NCBI GenBank assembly: GCA_000934665.2
Contig: KZ537960.1
Location: 124,001-188,000 of the forward strand
Origin: Catajapyx aquilonaris
Lineage: Eukaryota
Reading direction: 5' to 3'
DNA length: 64,000 bases
Numbering within the stretch: position 1 is the stretch's first letter; each line of letters opens with the position of its first letter. Below, piece after piece: positions 24,604 to 37,636 of the stretch. The notes under the pieces were generated by a model, which saw only the letters and a program-made list of their open reading frames with translations, ran no database searches and was not told where the DNA came from. The translations under genes and the position numbers were made by a program.

Positions 24604-25304
24604 AATTTCGTGCTGGACATTGTTTTTGCATAATTTTAATATGAATTTTTGTATGTTTACATGTGTACATTGCATGAGTGGTTATGTGTCTGTATGTATA
24701 TTCATATCGTCCTATCCATTATATCCTCTGCGTGGCCTGACCAGTCACCAGAGGTTTCATTAAACTGGTCGTACGAGATGGCCAGGTGGATTGTACCTGG
24801 TCATCACTGGTAATCCTATCTTGGGAATATGCCGTGAGTGTAATGAATGAATTAATTAAAAAGAAAATTATATTATATAATTTAAATACATGTGTGCTAG
24901 TGCATGCAAGTAGAAGCGGTAGAGATTGTGAATTCCTGTTCATACAATAATAATTGTGGTCTTAAAAAATACAAACGGTATTGGTAATTGAGATGGACCA
25001 ATGCATATTTCCCAGCCAATGCAAAGCAAAGGTGGGATTGCAGATGGATCGCAGGGTACGGAATCACGGATATGTGAATGCACAGAGGAATGGGTGGGGG
25101 GTACGCATATGATTGGGGGATGGGCTATAAGTCCAAAGCGATTAAAAATATGGTAGGGACTGCAGGCCACAGGCCTGGAAAAAAGAGAGTGAAGCGAGAG
25201 TTTGTCCAGTCCGCATATAAAACCTCTATGTTTATTCAAAGAAACAATCCACTAGCAGTATAACAAGTGTTATCAAAATTGGCAGCGATCAATAAAACAG
25301 TCTC

Positions 25305-28300
25305 TCAAGGTATCTGGAGGTGTTCGTAGAACCACAGAATTGAGTTGATGAGAGAGTCAACTTCAACAGGCACTTTATAGAGTGGGTGGGTGTCCTCGTA
25401 CAGCAACAGCCTGAAGTTGAAAGACACATCTGTAATTAATGCAATTACCATGCACAGCAGGCCTACCAGGCTTACCTAACAGGCACGTTGTGAGCTTTCA
25501 AGGCATAGTAGTACTGAAGACTCTGGGTGGCTGGAACTCGGAGATCAAGTTTTCCAGTTAGGAGTAGAGTTGGTGCTTTCACCCTATCAACAATGGCTAA
25601 GGGTGACATTTCCCACATCTTTTTGAGGGCATCTGCATTTGCAATGGCCCCTTTTTTGTATGTCATTCCAGTTTCAGCCCAACACCAGTCTGGAATGTCA
25701 CTAATACCAGCCATGGCAGAAATGTTGGTCACTGGATTCCTCGTTGCTACTGCTTTGCAGAAATCCTGGAGTGATGTGATATCATCAATGTCTGGTTTGT
25801 CCAACACACTGCCATGACACATTATCTTTCTGATTAACTTACAGGATACTGAGCACTAAGATGACAGACAAGGAATCCTCCATGAGAACCCCCAAACAGC
25901 ACAACCTTTTCAGCATCCAGTGCTGAAAACTTCTCTAGTGCAACATGAGTAGCATGATACACATCTTTAACGTCAGTGTCGCCGACAAAGCCCAAAAGGG
26001 AGTTTATTCCATCTTCACCTGCACCAGAAGAACCTCTGTAGTTCACAAAGAGTACACCAAAACCTGTAACCCAACAGGAAGATCAGTGTCATGTGGATAG
26101 CACAGGCTGTGTGGTTGACACACCTAATTTGGCAAATATAGCAGCATACATGTTGAATTGGGTGGTGCTAGCTGAATGAGGGCCTCCATGAGGACACACA
26201 ACCAAAGGCACTTTCTGACCCTCCTCCTCTTTTGGACCTATGTACAGAGCTCCATACTCAAGATCACCTGCAAAATAGACATTAATTTTATACCAACCAT
26301 GAAATTATTATAAAATTAAACATCTTACGATATTCAGGGAGTGGATGATCAGCTGATGGCTTGAGCACCATTGATTCCCAGTACATTGGGCCCATTATGT
26401 GGTTCAAATCGGATGCAGGTACCAAAACCATTGCTTCTTCTTTTTCAATTCCAGGCAGCCGACCGAGAAGAAGTCGTGTTGGTGACACTGGACTGCTCTC
26501 CGCCACAGCAACCAGGTCTTCATAAACATCCAGGACAACACAACTTGAGGAAGAATTAATTTTTGACACCTTGCCAGTGACAGTGTCAATTATAAAGGCA
26601 CTAGCATCGTTCATCTGCACAGTGTTGAGCAATAAGCGACGGCTATCTGAAGCCCAGCAACGGACAAGGAGTCCAGCAGAAAATATGCCATAAAACTTCT
26701 TGTCCTCTTCAATATTGATGGAGCGCTTGACAATGTCTATGACCATTTTGGTTTCCTTAGTCTCCCAGTCACATTTCATCAGGCGGTGGCAGGCATGGTG
26801 AGGCCCTCCTGCTTTTCGCTCCAACCAGACCAGTGTCTTACCATCAGGGCTGAACTTGGGTGAGCGAACACTGATTCCTGCCTCAGTCAGCGTTTCTAAG
26901 TGGAAAAGGCATATCAGTCCAGAGGGCTGCTTGTGGACTAGCACTGATACTTTTACCATAATTCCCATTTAGGGTAGCGTAAAATATTTTTCCTTCTCGA
27001 TTGGTGCAGTAAATAATTCCCAACCTCCGTGGATAAGTCTCATATGCAACCCCAACTATTCCATTTCCATCTGGAGTCCAAACGATGAGTCCAGGAGAAA
27101 CTGACTCAGGGATGTGGCTCAGTATGGTCATGGATGCAGAGGCTACTTCCATTACAACCACAACTGGTTCATGTTTCCCGACCATTTGCTCTCCCCAGTC
27201 TTCATAAAAGTCAAATTCTTTACCCTGTCAAAATAATGAGAATAAAAGTTGCAAGACAGTAGAAGAAACTGTAGTTTTTGTTAAGAATAATTGCAGCATT
27301 TGAAAACCTGGTAGCATTTGTAGCTATATGCTCTCAAAAACAATATTTTGTTTCATCATACACTTACCCTTCCTTGTTCACCCACTTCAAGTGAATCAAT
27401 GGTGATTTTCGACACTTTGAAAAAAGGTTCTGCTTTGGGCCTCTTCTTCTCAGCAATGTAAAGCAACTTGGTTTCATCAGGTGACCATGAAATAGATGCA
27501 AAGTCATCTGAAATTAATACAAAGGTACGTTTTAACTAATGCCTTATGCCCACTTATTTCATTTAAATTACCATCAACATAAACACTCCCATGTGCATCC
27601 AGCTCCTTCAGGTCAATCACTTTCACCAGTCCATCATGGTCCCAAAATTCCATGTACTGCAGTTCTTCTCCTGACATGTTCCGAAGCTTTCGAAGAATTG
27701 CTCTCTTTTTGCCAGAGGGAGATGTTGCCGAGTATTTCCTGCAGAGGTGACATCACATCAGAATTACGGTTGGGCCATGTATTGGAAATCTCAGGAATTA
27801 GTTGTTAGCCTCACTCTGACGAGACATCAGTGGCTGGACAGACAAGAGTGGCCTTGAGAGTGGCCTTGTCAGCTGTGTAGACCTGCTGAAATCTGGCAGG
27901 CTCTCCTCTCGGGATGTTCCTCTGAACCCAGGTAGATACCAAGGTCACAACTGAATTGTTTTCAAGCAAGGGGACCATTGTGGCCTCTACCAAGGATGCC
28001 ACAGATGACACTGCACCATACACCTGCACCACCCTGTCCATCTGCGCACAACAGAAGTGTTTGGAAGTGGTGATATTAACGCATGAAAGCATCACGTAGT
28101 GTTTGGGGATGAGAGAGAGGATTCCTCTCAACATCTTGGGCTCAGGTTGAATTGGCCTGCATTTGTAAAATTTAAATAAGGACTGTTCAGTATCGGAGGC
28201 AAAGCTGACTCAGTTAAAAATCATGAATATGTAGATACTAGTAGTGAACCCGTTGCCAAATTTTGGCAACACTCTCTCCCACCATTGTATGTAGTACGAT

Positions 28301-29544
28301 AGGCCACTACCAGTTGGTGCATAGACGCTCCCTCTGCACACTACTGCTGCTCTGGCGCTTTCAGGGGGAAAGTAGTACTACGTGCACATTGGTGATGAGT
28401 CACCGCGCGGACAAAGCCCACCAGGGCAGTCTTGCCCAACTTGGGACACCCTTGGTTGGGACACACTTGGTTGGGACTCCCAACCTGTCTGTTCGCTATA
28501 GAGAGCAAATCTGTTATGTCCTGTCATTATTGAACGGGGAAAGTGATAATAACCATTATAAGACTGTGGTGGTAACTATGGTAACTACGTGCACCTAGGA
28601 GCTAGGACCTAGGTGATGAGTCAACGCGTTTAGGGATGGAGTTACGTTGAGCAAATTCGGAATGAGGAGGAGGATCATTCTTCTAGGATCTAGGTGAATT
28701 ATTATCATCCATGAGAAGGATTGAACCGCCAGGTGAATTATTAGCCATGAGTAAGATTAACCTATTTGGTGAATTATCATCCCTGGGAAGGATTAATCTG
28801 CTAGGTGAATTATTATCCATGAGGAGGATTAATTTGCTAGGTGATTATCCATGAGGAGGAATAAAACACAGGATTAAACCACTAGGTGAATTTTCATCCA
28901 TGAGGAGGATTAATCTGCTACGTGAATTATTCTCCACTAGTAGCGGACCCATTGCCAAATTTCGGCAACAATGCTAGATCCCCCCCCCCCCCCAACTTGG
29001 AAGTAGTACGATAGGCCACTGCCAGTTGGCTTATAGGCTCTCCCTCTGCACACTCCTGCCCCTCTCAGGGAGAAAGTAGTACTGCATGCACGTTGGTATT
29101 GAGTCAGTGTGTGGTCAAAGCCCACCAGGGCGCTACATACTACTTTCCCCGTTCAACAATTGGAGGTCAGAAGTGAAATCTATGGTTACTACTAGCTGCT
29201 ACTAGCTAGGCCATGAGTCAACTTGTTTATAGGGTGGTGTCACACGTCATATGATGGTTACAAATCAGTGCTTACAGGAAATCAGCAGAAAATGGTATGC
29301 ACTCTAAAAGCACTAAATGTTATGCACATGCCAGCAAGATTGACATGGTAAATCCTGCGTATTGTCAGGTGCCACCTGTAACCTATTCATGAGTCAGCAT
29401 CTCTGGGTGCATATCACCAAACACATGACACAGCCACTCCTGACAGTCCATAGACTTTTTTAAACCCCCACTCTTTTGCCCATACTTCAACCCAATTGTT
29501 GGTACGGGTCCGTACGGGTCCGTCCTCACCTGTTGGGAAGTCAT
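25305..29544 (-). CDS. APEH: Acylamino-acid-releasing enzyme (acylpeptide hydrolase, peptidase S9)
   Basis: About 10 exons. A probable 15-nt first exon 29544-29530 (MTSQQ, GTGAGG donor) joins to 28041 (MDRVVQ). Conserved segments EDWGEQMVGK, PRRLGIIYCTNR, PHGGPHS, VNYRGS; catalytic triad GGSHGG, DLRVP, EDTHPL; stop at 25305. Confidence 0.93.
28238..29240 (-). mobile_element. Two tandem non-autonomous Helitron-like fragments in APEH intron 1
   Basis: Homologous blocks 28238-28427 and 28937-29131. On the minus strand each ends in a hairpin (GTTGCCAAA-N-TTTGGCAAC) about 10 nt before a terminal CTAG, the canonical Helitron 3' end. Confidence 0.6.
28670..28936. repeat. Minisatellite, about 7 copies of a 36-bp unit
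   Basis: Consensus close to CTAGGTGAATTATTATCCATGAGGAGGATTAATCTG, lying between the two Helitron-like blocks. Confidence 0.9.
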
Positions 29545-30044
29545 CCCGTACCTGCACCGCTGTGTGCAACAATGCTCCCTACAAAAATAAATGTGTATCT
29601 GCGTCTGCAGCTTGATAAGGCAAGAAATGGAGTGTGGACAGGTCGCCAAAATTCGCCTCCCGCCACTAGTTTAACCCCGCATTAAGCCAACTGCCCCCAC
29701 CCTAGTTACCCAACCACATGACGGGTACCGAACCCCCAACAATGCCGCAACACTAGTTAAATGTCCTGCCGCGACCGAATCCCCGCCTCCTTCCGAGGTG
29801 TCTGGCAAGTCGCCTCCGATTCGTACGCGCCCATGTCCAATCCCTCATCCTCGGCTGGCTGCCAGTGGCCGTCACTGGGTGTGTGTGTTCCGCGGATTCT
29901 CTCTCTCTCTTCCCCTCCCCCGGCAACCAACAGCAGCTGCAGCCTTGCACTCTCTTTGCCCGTCTCTCCCTCCCTCCCTCGCCCTCTCCCGTAGCCTGCT
30001 CGATTTTGCAGGCGGGTAATCGATTCGGGTAATGGCAGATCGAC
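29545..30044. promoter_or_regulatory. CpG-rich bidirectional promoter between APEH and HPS4
   Basis: The predicted divergent ATGs (29544 minus, 30045 plus) are 500 bp apart in a GC/CpG-rich stretch. Confidence 0.6.
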
Positions 30045-33000
30045 ATGGAGACCCGGGGCCAAGAGGGGGCAGGGAGGTGGGTGCCCAACAGAAATCAGTC
30101 GCCTTTGCATAAATAATGCAACCTTGAAGGCCTCTTTGCATTATTAGTGGCCGTCCTCGTCAAGCCCGCCATCCACGTCTGTAAGTGCAGGTCGTGCAGG
30201 TGGTCACTCTTCAGGAGTAGGGGCTGTTCTGATATGTGGAGGTCATGGTTTGGCAGTGGTAATCGGCAGGGTTGAATCATGACCTGCACATGTAGAATAG
30301 AGACAGATCGCTGCGATGTGGGCATTATAAACCGGGTTCTGCGTTGTATTCTTACAAACAGCATGATGTACTAAAGTACTGTATTTATAATTGCAGGAGA
30401 GAACTACGGTGATCCAGACATGCCATTGACATTCCGCAGGACTCGAGTGTCCACTATCAATTAAAATGTCAAGGTGAGTGATGTGAACTTGTTCCTCCAA
30501 TGGCGCAAGACACAGAGCCCAATATTTTGGTTGGTGGCTGGGACCACACTGACAAATCTCTGAACTGACCACATGACCCAGAGCCTCTCGTTATCTAGGT
30601 GCAAATGATAAGGATAGGGCAAATCTCCCATCCCTTCCTTTCCTGTCCTCCTGATTGGGGCTGCATGGACTTAGATCTTACGGCTGTAATATGGGAAGGC
30701 TTAGAAACTTCTTTAGGAAGTCCCCAAGTAGAAACAAGAGTTGCAGTGATGATGAAGAGCCAGTGCTGCATGTTCAGTGAGTGATAACTATGCATGCGTT
30801 CCTTAATCTTGGGAAATGGTTTAAGAGCATTTTGTCACACAGTGGCAGTCAAACTGTGAGTCTCCATGTTGGCAATGTCCCATTATTTTTTGTTTTAGCT
30901 CCGAGCTGGAGATAGTGTTTGTTTATGACACCGAGCACTGCAAGCGTGAAGAAGATGATCCCAGAGAAGCAATCCTGTACTTTCACCCACCTGATGTTGG
31001 GGAAGGGGAGCGCTTGGCAATATGCGGGCAGCTGATGGGTGTCACCCAATTCCTAATCAGCACTTTCAGCTGCCCTAGAGTTATTTCGCTGGAACGTGGG
31101 AAATTTGCAGTGAGAGAATTTGGACGCTATCTTCTGGTGAGTATATTACAAGATGGGTGTCATGCTAGAGAAATGTATTGTGCCTATTGAATTCATAATT
31201 ACCAAGTGAATGGACGGGTGTGTGCATAAGTGAACCATCACGAAAGTTTGTTGTGTGAAAAATAACTGTACCTCTTGTGGTGTGTGAAATTTATTATTTC
31301 CCTTCGAAGGTGATGGGATGTAATGATTCGACAACTGAATGGCTACTGAATCAGCAGATGAGCATCCTCACCTACCTAGTGCAATTTTACCAGAAAGACA
31401 TGGACACAATGTTTACATCTGTTAGCCATGACAGGGACAAGTTTCGGGAGAAGTTGGCCACTCTCTTTGAGATGTATTTACCAATGTCACGTTACCAAGG
31501 GGACACCCTCTCTCTCACATTTGGCATTGTGCCTACCCTGACTCTTCCAAAGGTAGGTCTTATCTCACGCTGGGAAATCCCTTAGAATTGAATGGATCTA
31601 TCTACATTTGAATGAGTCTGATTCCAAATAGATACTTGGGTATGACTGTCCATTGGGACCCATTCAGAATTACCTATGTATCTTAATCACCAAGGTCCTT
31701 TTACTAGCTATGGACCTAACATCTAAGTCAACTCATTGCCATGTTAATGTTGTGCTTTTTTTCTTTGCAGAGTGCCAAAAATGTATTCCTTGAAGCTTCA
31801 CTCATTTTGCAAGCTTGCCAGCAGAAGAAGGGGGCCTTGGGTGGGAGTATCTTGTTTCAAAGCAAGTCAGTAGATCACAGTTTATTGGACAGTTATTGTT
31901 GAATTTGAAATTCTATGTTTCATTTCTTGTCTTGCAGAGTTATCGCCACGCAGCTGAATGCTGAGTTGACTAAGAAGTTGGCCTTCTTCAAACCATATCC
32001 TGCCCCTGTAAGTTTTGCAACATGTATTTTAAAGTGAGGGTTGTTTCACTGGTGTTTTCTTGCACAGTTACCAGCTGAAACTGTGCAAACGTCATTCAGG
32101 ACTCCAGTAGGTGTCCAGCTACTTCAGGTGTACCTAACGGAGCAGGAGATATGCATGCTTCAAAGAAGCTCAGGATGGTACAAAGATGCTGAGGTGTCGA
32201 GGAGTGTCCTCAGGAAAAAGACTGTCAAGCAGCATGAATGGGTGTGTAGAATAGAATGCATCAATTAATTTATTATATCAGTGCTAATGAAGGGAAAAAC
32301 CTGCCTGCTTTTAGGAAAAGCCATCAAGGTTTGGCATAATGCCTGTACGCAATGATGGGAAACCAGTGTTACCTATAACTGAGGATTATGAGGGGGAGAT
32401 GGGTGCTGCCATGGGGTCCTGTGCAGCCGGGGACAGGCCAGTGCCAGAGACCCTATCAGCAGTTGTGCACAAACTGACGGACCTTTTAGACACTGAAAAG
32501 TCCACCAACCAGCCTGCAGTACCCTCCCAGAGTGATGGTTCAGTGAGAGTGCGTGACTTCAACTCAAATACTGTCCTTCATGAGGGACTAGTGTCTGTGT
32601 GTGATGGACTTGACAAGCAGCTCAGCTTTACCAAAATATTTTCACCCAAAGTGACCTCTCCTGGAAAAAATAACCCTGCCAATGCCAAAAATGGGGACAG
32701 CAGGACTAGTGCTGAGAATGACATCATACGATTTGGGACCAATTCATGGGACAAGTACAACTTTATACTTATATTTTTCACTTCTCATAGTACACAGATT
32801 TTTTTCAATGTGCTATATGCCATTGGTCTTCAGTCAGTGATCCAGGGTGTTATTGGATAGCGTTGAGCCAATTCCGCATAAAAAAGAAGGGTTCTGAAAT
32901 TATAATAAGGCTGAAGACCACTGTCACACAGGAATCATGTGCAATTACTATGCTGATGTGGTTGTGTATGATGTTACAGATTTGCCAACAAGAGCTTCAG

Positions 33001-34667
33001 CCTGGATGACCTTCGTGAGAAGACTCTTCTGTCAGCTCAGAATCCATTCCACTTCTACAGTTTTGGGATGCCGTCACTTCTGTCCAGAAAGTGCTGCAAA
33101 GGAAAGGATTCAAAAACATCTCCCAGTGATGAATGGGGGCACCATGCGAGAGGAGTGTGGTTTTACAACAGCATTGCAGACCCATGGAGCCCAATATTCC
33201 GGTCAGATGGAGTTGCTGTGTCAAAGTACCTTTATGAAGAGTTTGTGGAGGAGACTGCTAACCTGTGGAGAGGAATGATCTCACCATGCCCAACCTTGGA
33301 TCACAGTCTGAGTGAGGAACTCCTGGACTCAGTGGCTCAAGAAAATCTTGCAAATGGAAATGATGAGCCTGACAGAGACATACAGCTTCAGAAGCAGGCT
33401 ATGAGCCTCCCATTAAATGGAACAGACTCTCCTAGGACAGTGCTCACAACAGCAGAGAGCCAGGCCAGGAAGGGACTCTTCACTCTGCCACTTGATAAGG
33501 TGATAGACGATCCTCCTTCTTTATCAAAGAGTGACTCCAAGTTAGCAACTTTCAAAGTAACTGCAACGTCATCACCAGAAGAAGAGTCAGATACAAATGC
33601 AGGCTATAGTGGCATCAATGGAAATACGTCAGATCTGATATCGTCAGGGTCAAGCACCAACCTAGATGAATCGCGGCACTCATTTCTGGACAGTTTCAAG
33701 CGTGTTACCAGCAGTGTCCAAAGTCCTATTGCTGCATTGGCAAAGAATCTTGAAGCTAATACTGAAGCTTCAAGTTCAACAGAAGTGTCAGATTGTGGGG
33801 TGGAAAGTGCTGCACAGGTGGAGCCTGTGAAAGCTGTACCTGAGTTGTATGAGTCAAATTCTGGGGAACTGCGTGGTGTTTCTTTGTATGTGCAACAACA
33901 TATGAACATGCTGCTGTTAGTCCTACTGGAAGAAGAGGCAGGAAAGGAGCCAGAAGTTATCCATTCTCTTGTAAGTTTTTATGTTGTGAGAAGACAAGTT
34001 GCAATGGAACATTGTTGGTCTGTAATGTAAGGTAGATTATGTCATACAAGGTAAATGTTGGGAGATCGCAGCAAGCATGGGACAAAAAGTAATCAGGAAT
34101 TGTGCCAAATGTTTTTATACACATCTACAGATTAAGTCTTGAGACTTCTGAAGAATTGTTTAAATTATATTTATGGCCGCTCAATGAATTAAAATAAACA
34201 ATTCCTGTTACAGTGGGAGACTGGCTTGTCAGTCCTTGGTGAGCTGGAAGTGACAATCCTGAGCTGCCAGGACCAGCCCACAGCGCAGGAGCAGGCCGAC
34301 CCATACAGCTACCTCTCCTTTGAGCCCTCTTGGGGCACCCTAACCAAAGGTGGCAAGGAGGAGGATATGAACCTGGACGTTGTGCAGTCCATACACAAGA
34401 GCTTCACAGAGTCCAGAGATCTGACAGAGATGATTGTCAGGTATGTGAGACAAGGAGTTCAGTAAAATTCAAATATTAAACTGGAACAATTTTTGCAGGT
34501 GTGAGGATTCCGTAGTGTTTGGCCACCACTCAGCCGATTCTGAAGTTTTTTATCAGCAGAGTGCTGGGCCAAAAACTGGTCTCCCAATGCCTTCAGACCT
34601 AATGGGGAAGGTTCCACTGAAAGCTCGACGACGTCTAGAGCGGGACCACAACATCATCATTCTGTAG
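30045..34667 (+). CDS. HPS4: BLOC-3 subunit HPS4 (longin-domain Rab32/38 GEF subunit)
   Basis: Exon 30045-30076 splices phase 2 to 30899 (IVFVYDTEHCKREEDDPREAILYFHP...CGQLMGV), matching the HPS4 first longin domain. A long low-complexity middle follows, then C-terminal VFGHH...EVFYQQ...GLPMP...ARRRLERDHNIIIL-stop. Confidence 0.88.
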
Positions 34668-37636
34668 ATTGCAAGCAAGTTACTCAAGAAAAATTATGGA
34701 GTGGTTCAGGACGTGATGGAATAACCTTAGTCAAACCCAAGTCTCTCTGCTTTGTGTTGCAGGTTGTGCCAAATAAGCATGTTGCAAGACTTCAGAGTAT
34801 GCTCATCCCAGTGTTTGTTTAGAAAAGTTGAGACGGCCAGAAGCAAAGCTTGGCATTGTTTGTTAGTAGTTCGATCACAATTTGACGATTGTGAATGACG
34901 AGGCCATTATTTTATAGGCATGCAGGCTGAAACAGATATACAAATTTCATTATATTCGTCCATCGGCTTCAGATCGCACACCAGGTGCTCACTTTATTTT
35001 GTGTCTGTCACTTTTGAGTAACTTATGCTCTCTTGAAATCATTACATTCCAAAATGGTGCCAATTGAAAATAACATAGAAGAGTGAAAATGCCATTTAAA
35101 ATAGTAAGTTTTATCATAAGTACAAGGCTTCATTTTTCCAGAGAAGGGATATCCGTGTTGCTACTGTAAATGTTGTTGGCCTACATGTGATCAGAAGAGT
35201 CTTTCCAAACTAGTAGAAAGTAAATGTGCTACTCTGTGGAGAAGGAAGTAGGATGTCAATTTTCAAATGCTTGCTTGATGGAGAAGTCACACCACTAGAG
35301 AGACATTTTTTTTGCATTTGCCTGGCAGCGAAGTTACCCAAGACATTGGTTGTGTTTTAGTGACAAGGATATTTTTCCAGTTGAGTTTCAGTGATTTATG
35401 TTGGTTGAAGAGGTGGAGTGTATGCTGATGCTGAGTAGGATACCGTAATAGTAATTTATGTGCCGAAGAATATGAAAGATATGCATTTGACTAATCATAG
35501 TTAAGGTTACAAATGATGCTTGTAAATTTTTATATGAGTGCAATCAATTATAGAGAAGTTAACTTGTACATTATGTGATGCATCTTCAGTGTTGTTCTCG
35601 GTGTGAAATTGTGCAATATTTCCAAGCACTGTATTTAAAGTACAGTACTGTAATTATCACAGTCCAAGGATCTTGTGACCAAATGAATTTAGTATTTGTT
35701 TTAAATATTCCAAGTCTGTACCTAAATTGCATTGAAACATTTGATTGTGGGTGTGGTTGTGAAATAACAGCCGAGGAAAGTTCTTGATGCGATGTTTACT
35801 ATTTTGGGACTGCTTCCACTCATCAAGTTATATTTTTTGTACACCCTACATGCAGTGATTATTTTGTTGAAGTATTGTGTATAAATGCTCTGACTTGAAG
35901 GTAACTGCCAAATCATAGTCGTGAAAGTGATTGGGCTACCACAATTGTTGAAATTTTGGTATAGGTGTGGATTCTTGTATAGTCACCTGTTGCTGCTTAT
36001 TCTGTATTCCAAAAAGCTACTGTCATGTGATGTTAATGTACCCGATACCTATCATGCCACTACCAATACCATTTTCTAAATTGGAATTACTTTCAAAGGT
36101 GGCCCTTTCACTATTGGGAAAACAGCTTTGAATTGTAAATATGAAAAGTCAATTAGAATAAAAGAAAATCTGATGGCATGTACATTAATAAAAATGAAAA
36201 ATTCAGTACCTGTTTCAAGTACTGGAATTACTGGAGTTGTAAAATTTTTTAATTGCAGCATGCTGGACATTATTACCTATAATAATTGTATCAGGTTTCC
36301 TTTTACACTAGCTTTCTGTAAATGACACCTTATTTCTATATTCTGTCAGTTCTGTGATTGAACTCCTTTGGTGAATTATGACACCTTCGCAGAGCAGAAT
36401 CAGTTTCTTCCGTGAAACATTTCCATAACACAAGTTTTGTGCAGTATCACTAGATCCAGCTGCCATTTATCACGGAGAAGAAGAAAAAAAATAGTGGGAA
36501 CCTGTTCTCTGTTCATAACAGACTGGATTAGGTACTTATTGACTGAAATTGAATTTTTTATGGCCCTGGCAGAGACGATGATGTATTTATTGCATGTTGA
36601 CACCTGATCAGTGTGAATCACCACGTTGATATTCATTACCACCTGCTGGACTGAAAATGAACTTTGACCATTTTGATAAGTACCATTACCATCAAGCTGA
36701 TTATTATGGAGACAACCTGCAATGACCAGCAATGACTCATGTTACATGCACCTTTGGTGATAAAGTGGAAAATTGCACAAGTTGCACTGTGTTATTGCAG
36801 CCAGATATGGTCATTCTACACATAATATGCTCCAGTATGCTCAAAATGCATTGTGTAACAACAAAAAAGTTGTTATTTTGTGTAATCATAATTATAAAAA
36901 CCGCCAATGCAGTGTACTGGAAATGGCAACAATCACGACACTTTTAAATGCTACCAGGACTCAGCTGTAGGACAGGGAAGTCAAGGGATTCTTTGACCAA
37001 CAGCGCAAGTATGGCAGCGTTTGAAGAAGGCCGCCATGATGACACCTACAATACAAGTCAAATCCTGTCGACGTTCAAGTGTACAAATGCTGCTGGCCTA
37101 TGTTACAGTCACTTCAAAAAGTTGCCCCACAATTTTATTCTCCACACACATTCTCTTTTTTGCCGTATGCATCTGTAGTAACAATATGAGCAGAAGGCAC
37201 TGCATTGACTCTGTCAGTGTTTGATCTGCTGGTGCTTCCCACTGTCGGTGTGAGCGGGCAACATCACCCGCCTGCTGCTGCTGCCCCTTTTCCTCTCCTC
37301 TTTGAGAGTAGCCAACCAGCCAGAGGCAGCCGTCAGTGTTCCGAGTCGATCGTGCGGTGTCGGTTGTGTGCGTGCGTGTGTCGTGCCGGTGGCGCCGCTT
37401 TTGTTCGCCTGTCAAACCAGTGCGGGGACAGTGGTGGCAGGGAAGGGGGGAAAAGGAACACAAAACCAAGGAGGAGGTGGGGCCAGAAGAGGACGAGATG
37501 GGGGTCTGCCCGCCTAGGGGCCTACAAGCTGCTGAGAGAGACTGACAGACTGAGCCAGAGAGAGATAAGGAGGGAAGAGAGGCAGCTGCTGGTTAACATG
37601 TTGGAGACTGATGCCCCCCCGCCGTGCTCCCTGGAC

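Noticed and set aside
37205..37597. Long N-terminal extension of BCR in ORF 37205..38260
   Set aside because: It starts at a non-ATG codon in a GC-rich 5' region; homology begins at MSVFSDF (37637).
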